From the NCBI GenBank assembly GCA_050273025.1, contig CP158635.1, positions 11,346,001 through 11,410,000 on the forward strand: DNA of 64,000 nt, given 5' to 3'. Under the pieces are notes generated by a model, which made no database searches, was not told the DNA's origin, and was given only the letters and a program-made list of their open reading frames with translations. A program made the position numbers and the translations under genes. Shown here piece by piece: positions 10,620-23,458 of the stretch (the first letter of the stretch is position 1; every line of letters begins with the position of its first letter). This DNA comes from Cenococcum geophilum. Lineage: Eukaryota.

Positions 10620-13520
10620 AATTATAGCAAATATATTATAGGATAAAGCTATTTCTAAAGACCTACAAAAACACTTTCTCGGCACGGTAAAGATTGCTCT
10701 ACAGTATCTAAAATTTCACGGGCCTAAGGAAGAGTATCTTAATCTAAACCATATCTCTTATTTAGAAAAAGTTTTTAAATAGGATTGCGCTTGACTTGAT
10801 CTAGGGAATTACATCCCTGCGATTATCGACCCTATAAAATTCGATATATTAGTCCAAAAATCTAGTACTAGAAAACACCTACTAAAACTACTTCACTAAA
10901 AACTACTAAGGCTCCCTATATAGAACAACACGTCTTTACTTTACTTATATAGCAGGTATTATATTACGGTAGCTTAGAATATGCTCTTCTTAGAGGATAG
11001 ATAGTGGTATACTAACCTATATTTATTGGGTTTATTTACAGCTTTATTTACAGTTAATTAATCTAATAAGGATAGGTATATCTAAGCGAACGGGGATATA
11101 TATTTAAGAAAGGTACTTATACGCTCAAAAAGCTACTAACGGCGAAGTATACTAACTAGTCCGCTTCTATCAATCTTATAGGGATACGTTAGGCGAATAG
11201 AGATGGCTCCTTTAACTAAGTAATAATAAGTAGGGTAAAGTTATAAACCGGATCCAACAACCTAAACATAAATGGTTAGGCTATATAATAGATACGCTAT
11301 TACTATATATAGGGTTATAGGGGGACCTTAAACTTAGATATTTTCCTATAATATAGAGTTAGAAGTGCCTAAAGGTTTACTTCCTACAATTAAGATTTTT
11401 TAGTATATTACTTACAAATAATAGGAAATCTGCTACTATATCGGGCATATATAGTAAGTTTAGAAGTTTATTACCAATAATAATAAGTTAATACTACCTT
11501 TTCTTAACGGGGGTACGGTCTAGAGCCTATAATCCCTTACGCCATTAGCGTATTCTAACAACAAAAATCTAGTAATAACATTAGTAAACACTAGTTAGGT
11601 TTTTCCTAATATACTAAATTCGCTACACCCAAAGGTCCTAACTTAGTTACTTAAGGTACTAGGCATAATCCCAACATTTAAAACATTCTTTAAAGATTTA
11701 AAGTATCTTAAACCCGTAATAATAATCTTAAGGGGAATACTACCGCTAAACCATAAAGATTCTATAAGAGAGATAATTACGCGTTGCTATATAGGGTTAT
11801 TAGAGCACAACAGTTATTATTTAGTTCAATTTAGTCTAAATAGAAAGCGTTATATACTAAACACCCCAGGATTACTTATCCGCTATCGTTAACTCTACTT
11901 ATACTTACTATAATATTTTCCTAGCATAACTAATATATCTCCATTAATAGACAGAAGAAGTAAGAAGGATAATATTAAAAGCGGTAAAAAGAGCAATAAC
12001 TCCGCTAGAAAGAGGGCTTAGTATAAATTCGCAAGGCTAGCTAGTAATCTTAGGTTTAAGTTAAAGCCTATTAAGGAACTTCTAGGGGAAGACCCTAATA
12101 AAGCAGAAATCTGGGTTTCCCTTTGTAATCGGCGACCTAAAGAATTATATAAAATCAGTAACGAGGATTTTAAATTAAAGGTAGACCGCTAACTAAAAGT
12201 GCTTTATACTAAATTTAAGCGGCAAATACTCCTAGACCCTACTCTTACTCTAAGCGTTGATTTTAGTAGTAAGCCTATTAATTATAGATGCGGTAAACCG
12301 CTATAGGCTTCCCATATCTCTAATAAGAATCTTTTATTCCTACCTATATTATATAGTGTAGATAATACAGTTAGTCCGAAAGCTATGCTTACATCGTTCG
12401 CAGTTAAACGATTTATTTTCTTCTGCTTTTTTAGGTAGAGGGATATAAACGATTCCGACCTTTAGACAAAAGAGATATAAGCACCTGCATCGGAAGTGCC
12501 TAAGAGTGCTCATTTAGCTGGCCATAAGCAGCAGCAGGGCCACGAGCAGCAGCAGAGCCACGAGCAGCAGCAGAGCCACGAGCAGCAGCAGAGCCACGAG
12601 CAGCAGCAGAGCCACAAGCAGCAGCAGAGCCACGAGTAGCAGCAGAGCCACGAGCAGCAGCAGAGCCACGAGCAGCAGCAGAGCTACGAGCAGCAGCAGA
12701 GCTACGAGCAGCAGCAGAGCTACGAGCAGTAGCAGGGGAGTAATGAGTAAAGTCAAATGGGTTACCTTATGGTCTGGCTGCCTCCTAAAACTGCTATAAC
12801 AACTACTTAAAGCGCCCTTTTTACTATCAAATCTCTATTTAATAAATGCAGGATTATAAATTAGGTTGCTTTTTTTTAAATTATAACCTTAAAATATAGC
12901 AGGGTAGGGAACAATAGCTCCGCTATAAAAAATATAGCTTCCGAAATTATAGACGGATATTTTAACAATAACTTTATTAGAGCGCCTTAGAAATTTGGAT
13001 ACGTTATTACAGACTCTCTATAGTTAATAGATATTATAGATGTTTATAATAGAGCTAATTTAATAAACATGAATTTTCTATAGGTTATTTTTATTCTAAA
13101 CAAAGGATCTAAGTCACTAGATACACGGTTTCTTAGAAAGCCTTTTTCTTAATATATAGATCTATTTCACGGTGGCAAGGCTATAAAATAAAAAGCACTA
13201 AAGGACCAGCTACTAACTCCTAACAATTCTATAAAAAGCATAAGACTTATCTAATAAGAAATCCAGCCTACGCTACCCCCTAAAACGCAAACTAGGCCCA
13301 AACTTCGCCCGTCTAACAAAGATATAGACGAAATTTAGTAAGTGCGAATTCCTCAAATTAGGACGTGGCAAGGGGAAAGCCGACTTTTATATCCATAGAG
13401 AAATATTACATTGCTAGAAATTTAAGTTAAGGATTTTAGTATAAGCGCTTAATTTTATCTAATTATTAACCTAAAGGGATTAAAGAATATATAACGTCGG
13501 CTTAAGTATTATATTAGGAT
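10620..13520 (+). pseudogene. DUF3723 family protein (Starship accessory gene), RIP-degraded
   Basis: FLGTVKIAL; LDLGNYIPAIID; LLYLYSRYYI.VA..EDR*WYTNLY (de-RIP LLCLHGRHRI..DRWW..DLY); IPTFKTFFKDLKYL; TSFAVKRFIFFCFF. Confidence 0.8.
12521..12738 (+). repeat. 18-bp tandem repeat (~12 units) encoding HEQQQS in the DUF3723 frame
   Basis: gccacgagcagcagcaga units; in frame after TSFAVKRFIFFCFF...APASEVPKSAHLAG. Confidence 0.9.
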
Positions 13521-14199
13521 AGAGGCGTAAGCATAATAGGTTTACTAACATTGCTATCTTCTTAGAAGTTTACTATAACTTCACACTTATATTGTCTTTA
13601 CTACTAGTTTATATTTACTAATCTCCCAGTTAGTAAACCTTATAGCGTCGCTCTATTAAACTTTTAACAACTACTACGGCTATTTAGTAGAAGGGGTTTA
13701 TAGCTCTACTCTCTACCTAGCTAGATATAAGAATTGGGATCTATAATTAGCCGATTAACCAAAATTACACGATTCTAATTCTTCTTCCTTAATCGTCTTA
13801 AAAACGCACACCTCTTTATATAAGTTTATGGCGGATAAGGCCTTATAAAGTATTTTATGCAATATATAGAGAATTTAAGCTTAGTAAGCATTATATTAGA
13901 ATTTTAATCCTCTTTATTATAGTCTAGGGATATAGCTAAGTAAGTTAGTAGCAGAAAGGTAATAGCTAGCTAATTAATTATGCCATTAGAAAAGAGTAAC
14001 TAAAGACGCACGTAGTAACATAAAACAGAAAAATTCCATTTAGCCTAAAGATTAGCTTTTGTCCTAGAACCCATTTCTACTAATATAATTACCTATCCGT
14101 ATAATAAGTGGTTGAAACTCTATAGGAATTATAATAAGTAGTTAATAACCTATAAGGGATAACTCTAAAAACTTATAGCCGACATAACGTACGCAGACA

Positions 14200-17100
14200 C
14201 TTAGTATTTATCTTTACTCCTTTTTATCGGAAAGAAGAATAAAAAATAAGCACTAAGAGCTCTCTTTCCTGTAATTAACCATAAACGGCGTAGCGTTTAA
14301 GGTATAATTAGGCTAAATATTAACCTAACTACCGCAGGCGCTAAAAATCTAATGCTCTTCGCCGAGGCTAATCTAGAAAATCTTCCTATTAAACTTAGTA
14401 AAACGGCAGACTACTATTATAAGACTAAGCGGTATAGGCTTAACTAGGTCAGCGACTAATATCCTAAGCCTAAAACTAAAGATGTGGTTAATAGGATCTA
14501 CTCGCTATTACTTCTCCCCTTTACTAATATCCTTTGCCTTTTCGTAGAGGATTTCTTAAGTTTAGAAGAGGTTTTAAATCTTCTTTATAGATAGGCAGAA
14601 CGAGGCCAGGAATTGGTAATAAGTTGACTATATATTATTATTATCGTTATATAAACAGTTAACTCTGCGGACTTTATTAAGAGCCTACTAAATATATTAA
14701 AATCCTTCTCTAGCGTAACAATTATAGCCTTACTAGATACTATGGAAGTATTACTAACTACACGCTACTTTTCACTTAAAGATGCTCTACTACAAGAGGC
14801 TGACTATACTTAACGAGCAAAAATTACTAAGCAGGTACTATTCTCCGCAACTTACCTTTAAGTATTTTTCTATAAAGCGTTGATTTATTTTACTATAACT
14901 ATAAGTCTACCTTTTAGTTTCTTCCGTGCGTCTAGGGAAGAAAATAACATTAATAATCAGTTTTCTGCCCACCTAGGCTTATTCCTATAACTCTATTACC
15001 AGCATAAAGTCTCCCTTAATAACGCCGCTATATATATTGCCTTAGCTATTCTTATAAATAGTTCTCCCCCTAAAATACATTATAAGATTTTAAGACCCTT
15101 AATTCCTACTAGTTACTAAATATATAAGGTTTTTATCCTAGAGCCCTTTTTCGAACTCTTTATTACAATTACTGCCAAGCAGTATATCTTAAACAGCATT
15201 ATCTTTAGCACCCGTTAGCTTATAACTAGTGTCGCTTAATAAAGGATAATCTTATAACTATACTATCTAATTTAGATATAGATAACATCCCTTCTTCTTA
15301 GCTATACTAGCAGAATCTATAGGAACTTAAATAGAGTATTCCCTAACTAAAGTTAAATAGAACTTACCTATTCTGCCTTCGCAGAAAACCAAAATATATA
15401 CTTATTTATAGACATTTAATATATAATATTTACGTCTATAGATACGGCACGCCGATATAAGGCATTAAATATCACTTTAAAGTCTCTAAGTGTATATTAT
15501 ACCAATCTAAAGGGCCGCTAGGAGTAAAGCTTCTTCTACTAACTACTGGTACTTATTTACTAGCGATTAACGGAGGCGGCGTCTAAGGAAAGCTATTACT
15601 GCTAATACTAAGAAATCTAGAGCAAGTTTAGGACCTCCTATATCCCCTCTAGGATGATTTCAACTTCGCTCTAAGTACTAGTTTAGGTAGGGTTTAATTA
15701 TACGATAATATAAAATGAACTAACTTCTATAGGAGGCCTTACTATTCTCCAGCTTTTCCAGATACGATAGAGTATCCAAAATTGCATTTTTATATTTAAG
15801 ACGCTAGCTAAACGAGTTTTCGCTATACAGCGTCTTGCTAGGCTTTTACTATACTTTCGTATAATTTTATTTTTAGGTTCTTAGCTTACTAAAAGCCGTT
15901 CTAAGATTGCCAAACTTAAGTTCTGTCTTAAAGATGCATTCGGAATAAATAACTAGCTATTCAATATAGTAAAGTTTAGAACATCCGGTATAAAAGTTAC
16001 TATAACAGCCATAATAATATCTAAGGGCGCGCTATACATATTATCGAATTATAATGGCGTATTAGAACGTCAAAAAGATTGCAGTAAATTTAACCTAAGC
16101 CATTTAAACTCTATCCTAATATACAGCTAGGTTATAAGCATGTTAAATCAACTAATCCTTATAATAAAGTATTAATATAGTAAGCGTAAGTTTCAATTAT
16201 CTTATTTATATATATAGACTAACAATTTATAGTATATAAGCTACGTCTACTATACCCACATACGTTTAATATACTCTTACTTACTCTGTTAAAGTTCTAA
16301 TAGATTTATCTAGTATCTTTCTAGCTAAGTTTATCCCTATTATCGGTTTTATTTAAGATAGGGGTATTAAAAAGTATAACAACCCTATAGATCTAATCTA
16401 TTAGGAAAGTCGTATTGCCTTTAACGCAGACCCTAATCTAACCATATCTATTAGTTTAGGGTTTACTCAACAGCCTAGTTCCCCTAGAGCCCCGTCTACA
16501 TAATATAGTTTTTAGAATAATCCTATACCTCGGCTCCTAAGGTCGTTTAGGACTATACTAGTAGCTTAGAATAACTACGTTAAGCATTTAAATTAACTTA
16601 AGTCACTATTAGTGGATAAGGAAGCTCTAGGAAGCTACTTCCGGATTAATATACCCTTTAAATACTAGCCCACACTAGACGAGATAGGTAAGATAGCAGA
16701 TCTTTAAAGGGAAACGCATCTATATCTTTAGTTATAATAACATATCCTTCTAGCCATTAAATAAGCACTACGGTCGGCCTCTTTCTTCTTTAAATTAAGC
16801 GAGATGCCAAGCTTTTAAGGGCGTTAGTACGAATGTCATGGATCTATACATTGTTAGAGTCTAAATGCCTAAGCGCTAGTCTGCGATTTGGTACAAAAAT
16901 TCCCGTCTACCCAGTTCTTAACTAATTAAAACACTAACTTAAGTAATCTAAATGAGGGTAATCTATATATAGATTATGGAATCTATAATAAGGCCGTTAG
17001 ATTCCCCGTCTATTACCTTAGTCAGAAACTAACTATATACTTATAATTAAATCAGTTATACCGCCAAAAGATTAGTAGCTTTCCTAATTTAATTACTTAG

Positions 17101-17230
17101 TTTATTAAGCAATAGAGACTTAATGCCAACTTTAGCGAACCTGGCCATTCTAACCCTAAGGAAGTCTTTTATTATAAGTGCGACTACTCTATCCTAAGTA
17201 TTCCGACGCGAAAGAGGCTATTAGTATACT
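14200..17230 (+). pseudogene. Patatin-like phospholipase (Starship plp-type), RIP-degraded
   Basis: LLAINGGGV*G (DGGGxRG, ~15556-15590); FALSTSL|GGL across an intron (GTSSGG, ~15670-15740); LSNYNG; *DRG...NNP (QDGG..NNP, ~16355); C-terminal KISSFPN...FSEPGH. Confidence 0.85.
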
Positions 17231-17419
17231 TTAATAGAGACTTTTGTAAAAAACATCATCAAAGTATCTTTACTTAGTTAATATTATTTGCCTTTACAAG
17301 ACAAGGCCAAAATGTTATATTTTTATCAAAAGGCGAGGTCATATATAGATATTAAATTTACTATTTTTAAATTCTCTATAAAGCTTTAATAGTAACTTAT
17401 CTCTTACCCATTACCTAAT

Positions 17420-17570
17420 TTATCCCTAGTATTATCCCCGGTATTATACCCTATATCATTCCCTACATTATACCCTACATTATCCCTTACATTATCCCCT
17501 ACATTATCCCAGTAGTACTACCCACCTACTTTACCTATCTACTTTACCCACTAACTTTACCCATCTACGC
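17420..17570. repeat. Short tandem repeats (~13-bp attatcccctac-type and ctactttacc-type units)
   Basis: Visible tandem iterations. Confidence 0.6.
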
Positions 17571-19466
17571 CTTACTAAGAGTAGTAGGTTAGATTATCTA
17601 TAGGTAGTTCTTAGGTCATAAATAACTTACCAGAATTATAAGATTTATTTTAATACTTATAGATATAAGTATTACAACTTATAACCGTAGTAGTATTTAA
17701 TTTTTAGGTACTTATAACTCTACCTTAATCTCCTAAGTAATCCTTATATTGTAACGAAGAACTTTGCTATATTCTTATATCTAAATTATAAACACGGCTG
17801 CCGAGGCCGTAGTAATTCTCTTAATATCCCTTGCGATAACTATATTATCCTTTATATATAACAAAAAGGCCTAACGCAAACCACTTCACTAGTTACGGTT
17901 TTAATAACCTTAGTAACTTTAACGGCTTCAGCAAATCTAACTACTTTAACCTCTTTAGCAGCATCTAATACTTCGCGCACAACTTATTCAGCAATGAATT
18001 CGGCCTTTACTACACTAGCTTTAGATATTTAGGAGTAAGTAACTTAATAACCCTATTAATACTATATTAATATAGGATAACTAATAAATATTTAAGTCTT
18101 AATGTTAACGGAGAAGAAGGGAGTAAGACAAATTTATAGGGCATTTAAATAAATAGCCTTTAAGATTTAATTAGGGCTATCTTTAGAATATATAGTAGTA
18201 GTTAAATAATACCAGTAGTATTTCTTGCCTTAACATTATAAACCAACTAGAATTTAGCTGCACTATATTTAAAATAGTTCTAAGCTTACTACTATCTTAT
18301 ATTCTATATCCTATAAATTAACGCGAAAATAAAGCTGGAAATTTAATACCTAAGAGAATAGTGTTAAAATCTCAATAAATCAAAGATACCTTTTACGGTT
18401 ATCTCCTATAGCTAGCTAGGATTCACCGTAATTCTTTAATTTATACCTACTTTTGGCTTCTTAAGCGCACAAATATAAACATGTTTAGATATCCTTATTA
18501 TACCGCTAGAGCTTAGCTAGAGATACAGCACTCTCCTATTTTTATTCTCTAGTACCCTCTCTAGTACCCTCTCTAGTACCCTCTATTATCTATCTTACTA
18601 AGATAAATATATTTTTTAGATAAACGCCTAACTTCTTAGGGTTAATATTATTAGGTTCCCCTCTTCCTCTTCCGGCGGACTATATAATTCCCATTATAGC
18701 GCCAAGATTCCGCATAGTGAGGTATAATTCCCCGTTGTTTATTTTCTTATAGTAGCTGTTTCCTAAATCGCTAATATCTTTCTTAGCCAGATCATTATAG
18801 TCTACTAGCAATTCTTAAGGTATATTTATAGATAAGATAAGCCTATAGATTGGGGCCTTTTCTAAGCCGTATTTAATTAGGTATTGTTTAGTTAAACTAT
18901 ATTTAGTTAAACTAAATAGTCGCCAGCCTTTAATAGCTATATCTATTTTATCCTCTTCTAGTAATTAGTTTTGCATTTCTTTAGTAAAGGCTATACTAAG
19001 TCTAACTAATAGTAAGATATAGATAAATTCGTGTGTATAGTTTAGGCTTTATATAAGTAGAGACCGCCTTTTTTTTAGCACCTATTACTTTTAAAACTTA
19101 ATAGCTGTAAGAAAATGCCTACCTCCTTACTCTAACCTTAAATGGAAACTCGTTACCTTTTTCTAATTATAAAAGTTGTATCCTTTAGCCAAATACGAGT
19201 AAATAGTTCTAGAAACGTTAACTAAGAAAGAACAATAATGATAGAAACAGAGCAGTGGTATTAAGGTATGAGTCATTTTTCTAGATAAATACAATTTTAT
19301 TTAAAACTATAAAAGATTATTACTACAAATAGACATATTCTAAGCCTGTGTAATAACTATAATTTATAACCCTTTAGCAGTCTAAGCGAGATAGGTCACC
19401 CCTAGTATTACTTAGATACTAGGACTTGCAAATAATCAAAATAGGAGACTTATTCGTCATCGTAAT

Positions 19467-20150
19467 TGCTATACCCCTTACTACTCCCTACCCTTTTAAT
19501 TACCTCATTAGCTAGCTTCTCTAGCGTCTCTACTTACTTCACCCTATATTTCTAATAAGTAAACTATATATTGGCCTACCTAAAATATCCCTTTGGACAA
19601 TAAACTACTAACTTCCTATCCTTTATATACTCGCTAAGCTTTAGTAAGGATATCGGCGATATAGTATTTGGATTAAAGAATATAGTAATTACTGTGGCGC
19701 GCTCTAAGCCGTTAAACTCCCATTTGATTTGCCTCTATACTTCTCCATTAAGTTTATCTTACGGTAAAGAACTATCCTAGTCGTTACGCCGTGGGTTTAG
19801 AACTATAATTCTATACGGCTTAAGAAGCTCTATAATATCCTTTTGCCATTCTATTACTTTACCACTTTTAATACTACCAACAAGGAAGATAGATTTTCCA
19901 ATAATAGCACGTATAGACGGTATGGTTAGTAGCTAATAGACGATGAAGTTAGGGTGCTTATCCATAACAATAGGTTTAGCGGATTTTTTAGTAGGAGTTA
20001 TAATGCTTGGGGCGGTAGGCGTAGAGTCGGCAGGAATTCTAATAGGACTTAAAACAATCGGGATCGCAGCTAGTTCGGCGGGGATTTTAATAGGAGTTAT
20101 AGCGATTAAGGGCGTAGTAATAGACCAGAAGTTTAGGGATAACTCGGATA
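19467..20150 (-). pseudogene. Nucleoside 2-deoxyribosyltransferase-like protein (Nuc_deoxyri_tr2-type) with Pro-rich N-terminus, RIP-degraded
   Basis: SIFLVGSIKSGKVIEWQ..IVLNPRRND*DSS..QIKWEFNGLERATVI.IFFNPNTISPISLLKL...KLVVYCPKGYFR*ANI. Confidence 0.85.
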
Positions 20151-23100
20151 TAAGGCAAATTTACAAAAGATAACTTAGATAAGAGTCTTACCTATTAGTT
20201 CTATATAAAACAAAATAGTTTATAATAGTTTCTTCTATAAGAGCGTAGTGTACTTACTTTATAGGCCTCTTCTTAGTAAGGAGATATGGAAATCTACCTT
20301 GAAATAAAAGGCTTAGATGCTAAAGTCGGCCTAAAAAAGAGAGAGTTTTAAAACGCGAGGCACTCTAGGCCCCATATATTTCTCCTATATACTTAAAAAA
20401 GTGGCGTAAATCTAACTACTACTATAGCCCTATAACTATAGACCTTATACTAATCTACTTAGTCTATTATCCCCTTAATCTACCTAATCTATACCTAGTT
20501 ACCTATCTAATCTACCTAATCCACCTAATCCACCTAATCCACCTATCCCTACTAATATCTTATATAACGGCTAAGATATCCTATTAAACCCTAGATATAA
20601 AAGTTACCTTATATACTTCTATTAGCTACTAATATTTTTTAAACTTTATCTACGCAAATCCGATTACTACCTACTACTATATATAGAGCTGCTAAACTGC
20701 GCTAAATTCTTAAAAAACTAAAGTAAGGCATATTCCTTAGCTTACGGCTAAATTAACTAATAGACATAGCCATAAACTCCTCATTAGAGTGGCCATGTCA
20801 ACGACCCGTAAAAATAACCATTATAGCGCATCGCTACCCGCCCTTACTATTATTAAGATTATTCTTATAATTTTAAACAGCCTTATAATTATAATGCAGT
20901 TAAATAGTATCTAGTAAAGGTATAAGCCTAGGGAAAAGCGGGTAAATACTAAGCAAGGTATAGCAGACCTAAAATAACTCCTTTTTATACCGCATTTCAC
21001 TTAAGAAAAGGCTTATTTACGTTTTAATTTTTAGGCTCCTCTTAACACATAAGTAATAGGGTATTTATTATATATAGAACTCCTATAGCAAATGGATTTT
21101 TTATAGTAAATCCTATACAGATGCCTATATAATATTTTGCTCCAGTTTAAGACCGGTATTTTTAGATAAATAGTAAAAATATCATTTTAAGATATAAAGC
21201 ATTACATCTATTTATATATTAAATGGTAATATAACCTCTCCTTCCCTTATTCCCCTCTAGTAATCTTTTTTGACCGGAGTGAAGTGGATTTAAGCTTAAA
21301 TTTACTCCACTTATAGTTTAACTTATTCTTAAACAGGATTAATACTTACCTATTAAGGCTAGTAGTCTAGTCCACTCTACTCTACTTTAACTTTAACCCA
21401 GTCTAAAAAGATCACTATAAATACGATCTGCTATTGCTGCCTAATATAGTCCATTTACTAGCTTCTTAAGATCTAACTATTATACCTAGCTTTGCCTTAT
21501 TAAGTAGTAAAGGCTCCCTTAAAACCTATAAATAGTCCTAAGACTAGAGCGGATATATTTACTTAGACTTGGTTATATAGCCCTATATTAGCGTTTAAGG
21601 GGATATCTAACGAATTGCATTTTGTACGCAATCCAAAGTCTATAAATTTCCTCCACGTCATCCATTTACTTCTTTTCCATTATTATAACTCTATTCCACT
21701 ATCGCAGGCTTTTTATAGCCTATAACCGACTATAATATAAGGTAATATATCGTATTGCTATACCTTTAAAAGAGAAAGAGATAATAGGAATAGCTCTGTC
21801 TATATACTTTTTTAGGATATTTTTATACAGTCACATTCCTAAAGCACTTTGTTATCCCTAGGGTAGCTTAGCTAAAGTAGTTTTAGGCCAAGCCTACCTT
21901 AATAAGACTCCGCTAAGAGCGTAGGCACCTTATAGTTTAATTTAGAGGACCATATCCGTATAAAGGGGCTTATCCTACAATATATTTATATCTTAGGGCT
22001 ACCTATACCAAATCGTATTAGATCTCTTTTTGTAGCTTAAAAGCTAATAAGTCTGCCTTAGCTCTAGGAGATTTTAGGTCTATATTGCCTTTACTCTTAT
22101 TAAAGAAATACGGGCAGAATATAACATCTAGCTACAGTTAGGGCCGCAGTAAGTACATATCCTATATCTTTAGGCTATTTTAGGACATACTTACGTAATT
22201 TAAACGCCTCTAAGACCTATAATCTTCAGCCCTATACTACTTAACCTAGAATATATATATCCTGCTACGGATATCTACTTCTAGATATTACACTTACCCT
22301 CTAACTGCTCCCTATATAGCCCTAGCCCCTAAACTATATAGCTAGAGTCTCTTAGCTATGGAACCCTCTAAGCTTTTAATCTACGCACCTCTAGCAACTT
22401 CGTAACTTCTAGTCTACGCTTTCTTTTTAAAACACAGCCTCTAAACCCTAAAGTTTCTAACACTTAAGATAGATGCCATTGCGGATAATACTAGCCTAGT
22501 TTAAACTATAACCCCTTAGTCTGGTATAGCAGCGTATAATAAAGTGGTATATATTTACCTCATACCTAATAGTCCTAAAGCCCCTAGGACTTTTACCGCA
22601 GTGCCCATTAATAAGTCCAATTTAGAATCCGTTATTAAAGTCTAAAAGAAAAAGAAAACCATTTATAGAGTCTTCTCGCTCTGCATTCCGGGCGATAAGC
22701 TAGCACTTCTTATTAAATATACCTTTTAAGGGAATACAGCCGAGTACGTTAACGCCCTATAAATATTTTTATAATATTCTCTCTAATATATAGCAAAAGA
22801 AATCCAGATATACTTTATATCCTCTTAAAGCAATAGAATAATAACCAAAATTTTAACCAACTCTTAGCGGTCCAAATTCCAAAGGGACTTTATAATTAGC
22901 TGATTATAAAAGCTTATCAATTATTAGCACTTTAGTTAGATAGCTCTATATATAAACAACGTATTATATTCTATACCCAAAGCGAGAATATAAGCGTAGA
23001 ATTTTTCTATACAGATATAAAGATCTATACTAAGTCTGGTAAGTATCTAGAGATTTAGACTATACCTAAACTAAATAATAATATCGTGCCAAATCTGGAG

Positions 23101-23255
23101 TCTCTAGAGATTAAGACTATACCTAAACTAAACGATCTTGGAATTTATTTAAAATACCTTTTATCTAATTATACACTTCTTTTTATTAGTTTGGTGGCCT
23201 TTATATTGTTATAATTTATATTACTATATCTTGTTAAGTATGAAACTATTAAGTA

Positions 23256-23458
23256 TGTTACAGTACTAGCAGAAAACGGTAGATTGCGGCAGATTGCGGT
23301 TACGTAACTAAAGGATTGTATAAAACTTCAAGCGGCGCTACTATTCTTCTCCTTTCCTTTCTCTAGCTTTAGATCCTCATTAATAGACAATCTAATTATA
23401 TAGGCTTACGTACGTCCTTCCTACTATACTCATACCTTAATTAACTAAGTCGCTAGCA
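23256..23458 (+). mobile_element. Solo Gypsy LTR related to the LTRs at 42482/48153
   Basis: tgttacagtact...aagtcgctagca; shares cttctcctttcctttctctagctttagatcctc. Flanks AAGTA/GAGCA are consistent with a RIP-altered 5-bp TSD. Confidence 0.85.

Noticed and set aside
12514..12756. 80-aa LLLVAL-repeat ORF resembling a membrane or signal peptide
   Set aside because: It is the antisense reading of the 18-bp HEQQQS repeat in DUF3723.
13520..14200. Expected Starship ferric reductase between DUF3723 and patatin
   Set aside because: No FAD/NAD-binding or heme-His motifs recognisable by eye; left unassigned.
19943..20173. Hydrophobic 76-aa ORF
   Set aside because: Antisense to the Pro-rich N-terminus of the NDT-like pseudogene.
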